A stretch of DNA of 64,000 bases, from assembly GCF_009914755.1 (NCBI RefSeq), contig NC_060926.1, one strand, 5' to 3'. Source of the DNA: the human T2T-CHM13v2.0 reference genome, Homo sapiens. The notes under the pieces are model-generated. The model had not been told where the DNA came from. It ran no database searches and worked only from the letters and a program-made list of their open reading frames with translations. How positions within the stretch are numbered: the first letter of the stretch is position 1; each line of letters starts with the position of its first letter. The position numbers and the translations under genes were made by a program. Shown piece after piece: positions 13,989 to 27,080 of this stretch.

Positions 13989-14262
13989 CACCGATAGATG
14001 CTACAACACGGATGAACATTAAAGACACTGTGCTAAGGGAAAGAGGCCAGCCACAAAGGGCCACACATTATACAGTTCCCTTTACATGAGATGTCAGAAT
14101 AGGCAAATCGATAGAGACAGAAAAGTAAACTAGTGGCTGCCTCAGGATGGGAGATGGGGTAGGGTAAATGTGGGGTGACTGCCCATAAGGCGTGGGGTTT
14201 CTTTTTGGGGTGATGACAATGTTCTAAAATTAAGGTGATAGTTCCAGAACTCTGTGAATATA

Positions 14263-14468
14263 CTAAACACCAGTGAACTGCATGCTTTAAGCAGATGAAT
14301 TGTATGTTACATTACTAACAACCAGTGAACTGCATGCTTTAAGCAGATGAATTGTATGCTACATTACTAACAACCAGTGAACTGCATGCTTTAAGCAGAT
14401 GAATTGTATGTTACATTACTAACAACCAGTGAACTGCATGCTTTAAGCAGATGAATTGTATGTTACAT
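14263..14468. repeat. 52-bp minisatellite, ~3.9 copies
   Basis: accagtgaactgcatgctttaagcagatgaattgtatgttacattactaaca at 14269, 14321, 14373, 14425; one internal substitution. Confidence 0.97.
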
Positions 14469-15079
14469 AAATTATATCTCAAGAAAGTGGTTATTTTAAA
14501 AAGTGAGGTTGGTCAGTAAAGAAAACACCTTCAAAAGATACCAAGAACATTATAGTTGGCCCTTGAATGACATGGGTTTGAACTGCACTGCTCCACTTAC
14601 ACGCAGTTTTTCCAATAAAAGTTAACACCATTACTCGCCTCCCCTGCCTCCCTTCCACTTCCTCCTCTTCTGACTCTGCCTTCCGAGACAGGAAGACCAA
14701 TCCCTCCTCTTCTTCCTCTTCAGACCACTCAACATGAAGACAACAAGGATGAAGACCTTTACAATGATCCTCTCCTACCTAATGAATAAATATATTTTCC
14801 TTTCCTTATGATTTTCTTAATAACATTTGCTTTTCTCCAGCTTATCTTATTGTATGAGTACAGTATACAATACATAGAACATACAAAATATGTGGTAATT
14901 GACCCCTGACTGTTAAAAATTCTGGTTACCAGTAGGCTATTAGTAGTAAAGTTTTTGGGGATATTCTAGGTTCTCAGTCACCAAGAAGGTTTAAAAAAAA
15001 AATGAAGTTTTCAGGAAATCAAAAGTTGTATGTGTTAGGTCTAGACTTTCTAGTGAAAATAAATAACACAAAAAGTTAA

Positions 15080-15621
<542 letters not shown>

Positions 15622-16264
15622 TAAATGCACATTTTTTACTTTGCAGGGGGTTGGCACTCCTAGCCCTCGAGTTGTTCAAGGGTCAACTCTACTAGCTTCT
15701 TTATTCATGGACATATCTTTAGTTAGTTCATCAGAACCAGAATTTTGAGGTGCTTCTGAATTCTAAATTCAAGGATTCACTACATCTGGTGTTGCAGATA
15801 TTTGCTAGAAGCTGGTGAAATAAAGATGAATAAAACATATCTCAACCCCAGAAACAATTCCACCTGTTCACTGATGTCCTCCCCACCCTTTTCCTCCTCC
15901 CACTTCGGAGAAAACACCTTCTCCTGCACGGAGAGCTGGGAGCTGGAGAAGTACAAGGTACAGAAATGTACTGACCCCAGCCTAACACCTTGTCTATTCT
16001 GCCCACTCCTCTTGCTCCACCTCAAGACTGCTCCCTTGGCTCCCCAGACATTCCACTATTCTTTTAAGACATCTCCTGTGACCGTCTATCATATTCCAAT
16101 CTTGTGCATCAATACTTTGCCTAGGAATTCTCAAAGCAGAGACTTGCATAATTTAGAGTTTACATACAACTTGGGCTTGACACCTAGCTTGTTCCTGACT
16201 CAGACTCCTGACAACTGAAAATTATTCAAATAAAACTACCTTTTTTGGGGAAGGTTAATTTTTT

Positions 16265-16480
16265 TGGAAGGGTGGTAAATATTTATAACATAAAACTTAC
16301 CATTTTAACCATTTTTAAGTAGACAGTTCAGCAGCATTAAGTACATTCACACTGTTGTACAACCACCACTACCAACTATTTCCAGAACATTTTCATAATC
16401 CAACCTGAAACTCTGTACCCATGAAACACTCGGCAACCACCATTCTACTTTCTGCCTCTTTCTACATATTTGCCTATTCT
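16265..16480 (-). mobile_element. L1M 3' fragment
   Basis: aacataaaacttaccattttaaccatttttaagtagacagttcag...ccagaacattttcat. Confidence 0.75.
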
Positions 16481-17093
16481 AGAATACTACTCTTTTCGAT
16501 CTCTCAATTTTCCTGAAAAAGACTTAAAATTTCTGGCAAATTTTCCAAGTAACCTTTTCAATAACCAGGTAAAGTGAGATGGGGTAAACATAACCGAGGT
16601 TCTAATTTTTTAAAATAACTTTGTGAAGAAGCAGAAAAGTTGTCATCTCCTAGCAACCACTGTCCAAAAGGCTTCAAACCACTGATCTGTAGGGCACAGA
16701 GTAAGTATTTGTAGGTGAGGGAACCCCATGGGGAAAAAACAAGGACAAGGAAAGTGTGTGGCTTCTGCAGCTTAAAAGTGTTCCACTGATACTCATAAGG
16801 CTCTCTCTACCCTGTATTTTACTGCATGTAAACTATACCTCAAAAAGTTGTGACAAATAAGTAAATCCCCTAGAGACCAATGTACTTCAATAGCGACGCT
16901 CCCCTCAGGCCTCCTGGGTGCTTCCCTCACATCACCTCCTGCACGGCCTTACCTCCCCTGCTTCCCTCGTCCCCTCCACCCTCTGCACCTCCATCATCCA
17001 AAGACAGAAATGTCATCTTTAGGGCAATGTGCCAGAGAGGAAAAGCAAGGGCTTGGTTACATGTCAACTGTGCGCTCAGGCAGTGCTACTCAC

Positions 17094-17341
17094 TTCATCA
17101 GTTTCTGCTTTGTGGCAGAATCTTTGAAGCTTCTAAATTCTTCTCCTGCTTTGATCTCATAAAACTGGGGCTTTAGGACTGTCTGCTGGTCCTCCTTGAG
17201 TCGTTCCTGCCGCTTCACTTTTTCCTCCTGCTGGAGGAGTCTGCGTTGCTTCCTGACCTCTTCAACCCAGGCTTTTTCATCATCTGAACTCTCCGAACTT
17301 TCTGCATCACTTGGTTTTCCTTCCGGCTCTTCCTCCTCTTC
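17094..17341 (-). CDS. NOL10: NOL10 exon 19: EEEEEPEGKPSDAESSESSDDEKAWVEEVRKQ...SATKQKLM(N)
   Basis: ttctcag|GAA acceptor, GAA|gtgagt donor, 248 nt; acidic/coiled-coil segment within ORF 17090..17512. Confidence 0.97.
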
Positions 17342-17628
17342 CTGAGAATAAAAATAGTAAGCAGCAACTCCTTTCCCCCAGTCAAACACAGACCCCTTGG
17401 TTTCTCTGAAGCAGCACTGGCCCATTAATGAGTGCCTAACAGCTGCTCTACTGCATGCATCAGGAGAAATGCCTTTAAATAAATAAGATAATACTCCTAA
17501 GCCCAATGTCAAACACTTAATATGGAATTAATTACATCTCAAGTATAATCAAAGACTCTTCTAACTTACAAAGAAAACATTACATTAAAGAAACAGTAGC
17601 AAATTCTAACTGATAAGGAGTACATTAC

Positions 17629-17802
17629 TTTTTCACGAAGTTCTTGTTGCTCTAAGAGTCTTAGTTTCTTCTTCCTTTTTTCACTAATTTTTGAAACAAG
17701 TGGATTCAGAAGCCTAAATTCTTCACTCTCTTCATCTACTTGGAAGTCAGGGTTCTCAAACATAACTTTAAATCGATCATCGGTGAGAATATTAGGAAGA
17801 CT
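17629..17802 (-). CDS. NOL10: NOL10 exon 18: SLPNILTDDRFKVMFENPDFQVDEESEEFRLLNP...QQELREK (NUC153 motif)
   Basis: ccttgtag|AGT acceptor, AAA|gtaatg donor, 174 nt = 58 codons; DDRFKVMFENPDFQVD is the NUC153 signature. Confidence 0.97.
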
Positions 17803-18167
17803 CTACAAGGAGGAAAAAGTACGTAAAAATTTAAGTTAATATCTGACTAAAATTTGACCAGAAACATGGTTTTAAAACACTGATTCTATTATAAGTTAAT
17901 AAGCGGCATGAGGCATACATTATTAACTCATTATGAAATTTCTTCCAGGACTTTCAACGTGCCCCTAGGTTTTAGCTGCCACCACCAAAACAACCTCTAT
18001 TAATCTACTTTGCAGATGCTCTACACCACTTGGCCATTACACACAATGAGCCAAGAATGACCCTTTTGGCTAACTTTATGCTTAACAGATTAGAAAGAAT
18101 TTCTTCAATTAACATTTTAATGCAAAAAAACACCTTTCAAGAAGATACTAGGTTTTTAAAAAGTGGC

Positions 18168-18449
18168 TTTTATTATTTTTTAGAGATACGGTCTCACTCC
18201 AGGCTGGAGTGCAGTGGCACAATCACAGCTCACTGCAGCCCCAACCTCCTGGGCTCAAGTGATCCTCCCACCTCAGTCAGGCTCCCAAGTAGCTGGGACC
18301 ACAGGTGCACCACCGCACCCGGCTAATTTTTTATTTTTTGTAGAGATGGGTCTCACTATGTTGCCCAGGATGGTCTTGAATTCTTGGGCTCAAGCAATTT
18401 CTCGTGCCTTGGCCTCCCATAGTACTGGGATTACAGGCATGAGCCACTG
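18168..18449 (-). mobile_element. AluJ-like
   Basis: gctcactgcagcc..ctcctgggctcaag diagnostics. Confidence 0.92.
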
Positions 18450-19774
18450 AAAACAGGGCTTTTAAATAAAGCTTAGTTACTACACTGACTTAAAATAAGC
18501 AATTCTTTCAACTTCAGATTCCAAAACTGGGAGAGGAGGTATACAAAGTCAGTAACTCACATGGTGGGATGCAGGAAGCTGGTGATGTCAGTTTACCGAT
18601 TCCAGCTGAGTTACTGGGAAACAGAAGGGACGTTTCCATCCCCTACAGGGTTGTTTCATCAATATTCCCCCTCAGGTCAACTAATTGTTGTCAAAGGATA
18701 TTGTGTATCCTTCAGATACAAAAACTTTGGCTACTGAGACCCATTTAGATAGCTCAGGACTGATACTAAATTCCTTTTTATTTGTACCATTTTCAATGGA
18801 AAGTTTTCTAAACTGTACTGTAAACTTACCTGTTCACTTAAGTAGATGACAGAGAATCTTACACATTTAGGACTGTCTTATTGTTCCTTCTCTGCTACAG
18901 GCTTGGAAGCCAGATGAAACGGCTTACTCAGAATTGTTTGTCAATCAGAGTAAACAGCCCTGAACACTGCTGGAAAAAGCTGACCTGTTTGTGATGGACT
19001 CTGACTCTGCTGAACAGACTACTTTACTATTTCTCCACTGTTGAGAGTAAACAAGATTGCAGGCAGTTGAGTTCTGAATATTATTTGTGTGACAGACCTA
19101 TACAAAAGTTTAGTAAATCATAAGATATTAAGGAACTTGGCCTGTTTATTATTTGTATGTACCTAAAAACAGATAAACCCTTACCTAAAATTCTAAGATA
19201 TTAAATGCAGCAAGTTTCCCTGATTAAACATCATTTCCAAGAAAGACTTACAACGAAGGGAAAAAGAAAGGTAAGATCGAGTTCCTGATCCTAAACTAGT
19301 AAGGAAGAAAAAACACTGCAAACACGTGCTACTAGGCCTCTTCTGAGGGCTGCTCGGTAGTGCTGAAAGTGCCACAGGAGAGGACAGAAAAAGGAATCCC
19401 AACAAAAGACACCCCAGGAGGGGCCCTGGGGGGTGCAGCATCAGGGAGGGGGCTTGAAAGATGAGTAGGTTTCAACAAGTAGAAATCTGAAGAAACAGCA
19501 TTTCCAGCCGATGGGAGTGGTGAATAGTCTGGCGACATAAGAATGATGCAATTTCAAAACAATTTTTTGATTGGGTCATACTGTAAAGGATTTTAAATAC
19601 CATGACTGTTATTTTGAAGATATAAGGGGAAACCACTAGCGAAGAGGAGGAGGGGGAGGAAGAAGAGGAAGAGAAAAAGGAAGAGAAACGAAGGAGGGAG
19701 ACAGGGAAGGAGGGAGGAAGGAGAAGATGGATGATCAACAGAAGTGTGCTTCAAGACTCCCAGATGACAGAACT

Positions 19775-20077
19775 GGCCAGGTGGTGGTTCATGCCTGCAA
19801 TCTCAGCACTTTGGGAGGCTGAGGTGGGAGGACTGCTTGAGGCCAGAAGTTCAAGACCAGCCTGGGCAACATGGTGAGACGCTGTCTATACAAAATATAA
19901 AAAATTAGTCAGGCGTGGTGGTGCATGCCTGTAGTCCCAGCTACTTGGAAGGCTGAGGTAGGAGGATCGCTTGAGCCTGGGAAGTCAGGGCTGCAGTGAG
20001 TTGAGATCACACCATGTACTCCAGCCTGCGTAACAGAGAGACCTTGTCACAAACAAACAAACAAACAAACAAACAAA
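19775..20077 (+). mobile_element. AluJ-like with (CAAA)n tail
   Basis: Full dimer; tail 20049-20077. Confidence 0.93.
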
Positions 20078-21106
20078 CCAACCCAAAATTGTGCTTCAAA
20101 AGTCTGCAGCAGCCTGATGTCTGACGGACTGCTGAGTAAGAAGTTAGCATCATGAGAAGACTAAGAAGCCATTTTAAGAAACTGGCAAGAGAGACAGGGC
20201 CTGAATTAGGGCAATGGGAACAGACAGTTTTTAAGAAAGAATAATTACGAGATACAGTTCTAAATTAGAATTGACAGATCCAGCTATGGAGATGGGAGGG
20301 TTAAGAATTAAAAACAGGGTTAGAAACTTCTCTCAAACATGTAGCTTAAGCAACCAGAAAGCTGGCGACACTGAGTTAGAATCCATCACTGGAGAGCATT
20401 AGGAAAAAACGCAGGGGTGGAGTAAAGGGGAAGAAATCACGCTCCATTTAGGGCTGCCTATGCCTGTGGCACAGGGAGAAGAGCACCAGGATTCAGACGG
20501 ACACCACTAGGTGTCTGGGAACGATGCGCCATGTCTCAGGAGAAGGGAGGGGGCTATGATGTAAATTTTGGAGTTATCTGTAGATATCGGATAGATGATA
20601 GTGTGAAAGATAATTTCAAATGAATAACTATGTGCCTATTACACATTTTCAGGTTAAAAAAACCCAAGGGCAAATATTTACTTTTCATCTTACTATATTT
20701 ATTAAAGTAATAATCATATTTAATAAATAGAGAAAATGTTACAAAGACTACATATGTTGCTGGTATTAAGATTTTTTTCTTAATTTAAAACAAATCAATT
20801 GCATTGCCTAAAGACAAGTATGCTTTGGATGAACAACTATAAAATAAAACCTCTTCTGACCCAGCTTGTAAAAATATTTCCCTCAGGGTTTTTTCCTAGT
20901 CTGTTTGTTTTCACAGCTGTCTTAAGGAAAAAAGTAGGATAAGGTATAGCTATTAATGTTCTATAGGAGCTTACAAGTGTCTGGCTAGTGATCCGTCCTA
21001 TAAATACCCGTCTACACATGCTCAACTTTACCATTAAAATATAGAAAACATTAAAGTACTATTCATACCACAGTCCTACCTGGAAGAATGGTATCTGTCT
21101 ACCTGA

Positions 21107-21488
<382 letters not shown>

Positions 21489-22755
21489 AATCAAATTAGT
21501 TCTTTCAATGCTATGATACCTATGAAGTTAGGCTGGTACAGACTTCTGAGTAAAGATGGTGGCTTGAACACTAGTATCTTCTAATCTCTCCTAAAACTTC
21601 ACTAGAACAACAGAAAAGGAGCTTTATAAAAAGGGCATAAACCCTTAAGAAAAAAAGGAAAGGAAATAGGGGTAATAAAAATTTGGAAGCCAGAAAGAAA
21701 GCCTATTTAAAAATCACACCCCAGCTCTGGAAAGCCTGGCCCCAGCCCTTTCCCACGGAGAAGTTGCTTGGCTGAGGCTGGCACTGCAAGAGCAAGAGAG
21801 GTGTGCTGGCCACAAGGAGGGGAGGGCAAGGCTGGCACATGGGGGTGAGGTGCCCTCTGGACCCCTCCAACCTCTTGTGACCTACAGTGGTCAGTTCTAG
21901 GAATGCTGGTAGCCAGGCCTTTACCCCCCCAAGCAGGAGGACCTGACCAGCCAAGAGAAAGACCTAAGAGACAATGACATGTGCAGTGTCCTTCCCCAAA
22001 CAGTGTGGCCAAGTCACTGCACACTGACTGAGGGACCCTGTCCCCACCTAGAGTTTTCATTCAGTTTTTTAACTCTCTTATTCCTCACTGCCAAAAAATA
22101 ACTATGGATCATGGCAGGAAAAACTAATTGAAATTTTCTTTCAAGAAAATTCCCCAGCACTGAAGACCGAACTTCTAGACTGAGATGGGCTTGCAGCACA
22201 GTACAGTCGCTTCGTGTCAGGTTTCCCAGGACGCTTCCTCTTCCTGGGCTTACACTGTTATTTTAGAGAAACAACTCCCCTAGCAACTTCCCGAGGAAAA
22301 GCAGCATTTAAGGGGAATTGGTTGTTGTTGAGAACTTGCATGTCTGAAAATATCTACCATACCCTCACATTGACTGACTGCTTGCCTAGGTTGGAAACTA
22401 TATTCCTTCAGGAAACTGAAGGTTCTTGTAATTCTCTGTCCAACATGGGCTGAGGTGAAGTGAATCCCCAGGATAATGGTAAAGGGAGGTCCCGGGATTA
22501 GAAGGTGACCAGGCTAGAATGGAATGGGGCAGAAAATTCTAGAAGCAACTTCTTCAGGAAGGTAAATAAGCATAAGTCTAACCTATCTAAACACCTCAAA
22601 ATAAGACTTAGAGAACTGACATAGAATTGGGTGTTGATTAGTGATAACTACATAGAAAACGAGCAAGAGAGACAATTATTAACTTCAAAGTACACAAAGA
22701 TTGAACAAGAAATGCAGTCACAGATTACTACTGACTCGGCTGGAAATAGCACTTA

Positions 22756-23052
<297 letters not shown>

Positions 23053-23174
23053 GTACAACAATGTAATGCTGAATACCAACTTAATCAAAATCACAATATA
23101 GCTTCCTTGGAAAGGAAAGTTATCAAAAGATAATGCCTAACACTAAAAAGTTAAGAGGTAGGACTACAGGCAAG

Positions 23175-23192
23175 AGGGAGGGAGGGGGAGGG

Positions 23193-23229
<37 letters not shown>
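23175..23229. repeat. G-rich run plus (GA)17 microsatellite
   Basis: gagggagggagggggagggggc(ag)n. Confidence 0.95.
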
Positions 23230-23234
<5 letters not shown>

Positions 23235-23366
23235 TACCAAAATAATCAGCAAAAAAGGCAAAAGTGGTTGTCTGAGAAGAGGTGAAAATGGAGGAAGGCA
23301 GAGGGAGGAAAAGGGGCAGACAATGGGATGGCCTACATTCCTAACAAACCTTGGAGAAATGTTTAG

Positions 23367-23972
<606 letters not shown>

Positions 23973-24240
23973 ACTGAAATGTTTAGTTTTTAAAACTATG
24001 CATGTATAACTGTAATTTAAAAAAAACAAAAATTTTAATTGATACTAAAAAAGCTTTAAAAATAATATTTTGGATGTTAAAACTGACCTGATCCAACCCA
24101 AAGTATCTGTACCTAATTGTATTCCCTAGAGAGATGAGGTATTACTTTAATATAAGTTCTCAGTGGTATTTAGTAATTCCTGAAACTGCTAAAATATCTC
24201 TTCCATGGGTTCCTAACCACAGAATACACATAGCCTAGAA

Positions 24241-24763
24241 CAGTGATCCTCAACCTTTTTGGCACCAGGGACTAGTTTCGGAAGACAAGTTTTCCACAGA
24301 TGGTGGTGGGGGGCGGGGGGCGGGCGCGAGGGAGTTTTGGGATGATTCAAGCGCATTACATTTATTGTGCACTTTATTTCTATTATTATTACACTGTAAT
24401 AACAATGAAATAATTATACAACTCGCCATAATATAAAATCAGCGGGAGCCTTGAGCTTGTTTTCCTGCAACTAGAAAGTCCCATCGGGGGCTAATGAGAG
24501 ACAGTGACAGATCATCAGGCATTAGATTCTCATAAGGAGCTCGCAACCTAGATCCCTCGCATGCGCAGTTCACAATAGGGTTCATGCTCCTATGAGAATC
24601 TAATGTGGCCACTGACCTGACAGGAGGTGGGGCTCAGGCAGTAATGTGAGCAATGGGGAGTGGCTGTAAATACAGATGAAGCTTGAGGTTCACCTCCTGG
24701 TGTGCGGCCTGATTCCTAAAAGGCCCCAGACCAGTACCATGGCCTAGGGGTTGGAGACCCCTG
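24241..24763 (+). mobile_element. MER1A (hAT-Charlie)
   Basis: TIRs cagtgatcctcaacc / ggttggagacccctg; 8-bp TSD gcctagaa/gcctagag. Confidence 0.93.
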
Positions 24764-25024
24764 GCCTAGAGATCTCATGCACAGTCCTGCCTGAGCTGCT
24801 GCAGAATGAAAGAAAAGTACATTCATCAGAGACTTTAAGGCCACAGCAAGAAACTGACAAAAAAGACTAACATACAAAAAATGATACCTATAGGAAAAAT
24901 AGCTCTAACCAAAACTCAAACCCTCACAAATCAAACAGATCACAGATGCCCATGCCTCTCAAAGCTGTTTGTGCATACTGGAAATTCAATACATATTTGT
25001 TGAAAGAATAAATACATTCATTCA

Positions 25025-25165
25025 TTTTTTTTTTTAAAGAGATGCTGTCTTGCCCTGTAGCCCAGGCTGCAGTACAGTGGTGTGATCATGGCTCACTGCA
25101 GACTCCAACTCCTGGGCTCAAGTAATCTTCCTGCCTCAGCCACCCAAAGTATTGGGAATACAGGC
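25025..25165 (-). mobile_element. FLAM-type Alu monomer
   Basis: Single ~135-bp monomer with T tail. Confidence 0.85.
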
Positions 25166-26127
25166 GTGAGCCACTGCACTCGGCCTTAATTGTTAACTAG
25201 AATTAATGCAACCAAAATTTCTGAGTTTGGATAATGTCCATATAATACTGATTGACATTATGTGGTGGGCCACTTCCCATTTTAGGTTCAATATCAACCA
25301 TACAGTAAACATCTTATTCGATTTTTGTGTTCTCAGTGGCAGCAATATTTAGGAACACATTTCACTGTCTCCAATAAATTTCAGCTGCAGACAAGGCAAA
25401 ACATACCTTTCAAATTGGTATTGCAAGATACCTACTTTCAAATCAGGAGGTATCACAGCTAGTAAAGTTCTCAAGCTTTTGAGGAGCTGAGTTCAAAGGC
25501 GAGACTAATGATCTGCTGATGAGACTTAGCAATTCTTTCAAGTAGTCTTTTAAATTATAATGAAGGATTCTTTCCTTAATTCATGAGTGATTTCTACGAT
25601 CTTCACTTTACATAAGATGAAACTGTTCAACAACAAATTATACAAACTTTTTCCAAGCACAGCCTCAGATTTTCAAAAGACCATATATAAATATTTCTGG
25701 AATGAAACTGAGCTCTGATAATAGGTCTGATTTGGGCTAGGAAGTCACCAACAAGAAGATTAGGGGCACATTTTACAAATAGTACTCTTTGGAAGAATTC
25801 TGTTATCACGTGATATGGCTACAAAGATCACATTTCCAGCTATGAAGAGCTGAAGAGAAACTGCTGTTTGATGGAAGAAGATAGGAATTTCTAAGGTTCT
25901 TCCTCCTTTTCACTGGAAGTAAAATGGTACACAGCTTGGTAATTCTTTACAGGGTGACCCACCAATAGGTTTTAAAATAATCAAATGCCATCCTGATAGT
26001 TAATTAGAGAATATGTAGCAACAAAATGAGTGAACATCAACGGAACGTAGATGTGACTGGAGATAACAGAAAGGCAAGTTCTTGATTCGCACGGTGCCAA
26101 AAGGAAGGAGTAGCTAAGGAATGCAGT

Positions 26128-27080
26128 TAAAGAATACCAGGTGCCCCAACAAGACGGTTCAAATTTCAGTTATCTCTGTTCATCAACTGAGTATGTTCAT
26201 AAAGTATAACTCCACAGCGAGCTCTTTAGTCCACAAATCCCTACGTAAATAATGGGTTGCTTTTCTCAAAGCCTGTCAGTGACCGGACACTGCATCAGGC
26301 GGTGTGATGCACCGTGAATTTCCTGTTCAGTTCCTGCAGACAGGACGCGTGTGTAACTGTTGCATTGCTTCTTCAGATACCGAAGACAAACTCGTGTGAC
26401 ATTTACAAAAAAGAATAATTTACAGAGAACTAATCAACAAGATAAAACTGCAACAACAAAAATGTGAATCAAATTTAAAGGGAGTTATAGAAGAAAGAGC
26501 TGGCTGTGGGAATACAGGGAATGTGGCTACTGTCACTGGCTGGCACTCTAAGTCTGTAGTGAGGGGACCACGTAATGGTGAACCTCTGAAAACAAATGAG
26601 GAAAACAGCTGTGACAAGAAGAAGAAAAGTGTCCCAGTGGAAGTGACACTGGCAAAAAACTTTACATGAAAGGAACTCTCAGAGACAATTCATAACGTCA
26701 AAAGAGCAAAGGATGAAACATCGGAAGCTTATCCAAACTTAGAAAGTGAGTATGACAATTTGCTGAGGCAAAGAAAAATGCTGGCTCCGTATCAAAAGTT
26801 TAGGAGGAGAAAAAAGTAAGCACTGTTCCAAGTACTATTGACAAAAGAAATAAAAGAAAGAAAATAAAATACTCAATTAGGCTTTATTCCTAATGTTTTA
26901 AATTACAATATAATGAAAAGATCCTAGTTTTCCAATTTATAATGGACAGTAAGAGAGTTTTTAATGTTTTGTCAAAAATGTTTAAAGGCATGGAACAATG
27001 CTAATTTTCCCACCTGACCATGAGGATTGCTCTGCATGTGTTCAACTTGTGAGGTCATTTCCACCATCCTGCACTATGGG
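26128..27080 (+). mobile_element. Ancient Tigger-family internal-deletion element with degraded transposase remnant
   Basis: acggttcaaatttcagtta; gtcccagtggaagtgacactggcaaaaaactttac; gacagtaagagagtttttaatgttttg; subfamily uncertain. Confidence 0.65.

Larger units (their letters stand above)
13290..14490 (+). mobile_element. L1MB-like 3' fragment, interrupted by MER2 and carrying a 52-bp VNTR
   Basis: gctggagaatgtaaaatggcacagcc; catagagttactatatgaccagcaatt; aattatatctcaagaaag. Confidence 0.85.

Noticed and set aside
12744-14468. 33-bp and 52-bp repeats as CRISPR-like arrays
   Set aside because: Head-to-tail units without unique spacers, no cas genes, primate intron context
26400-26860. Intact or domesticated Tigger transposase
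   Set aside because: Remnant is internally deleted and broken; no long + strand ORF in the track
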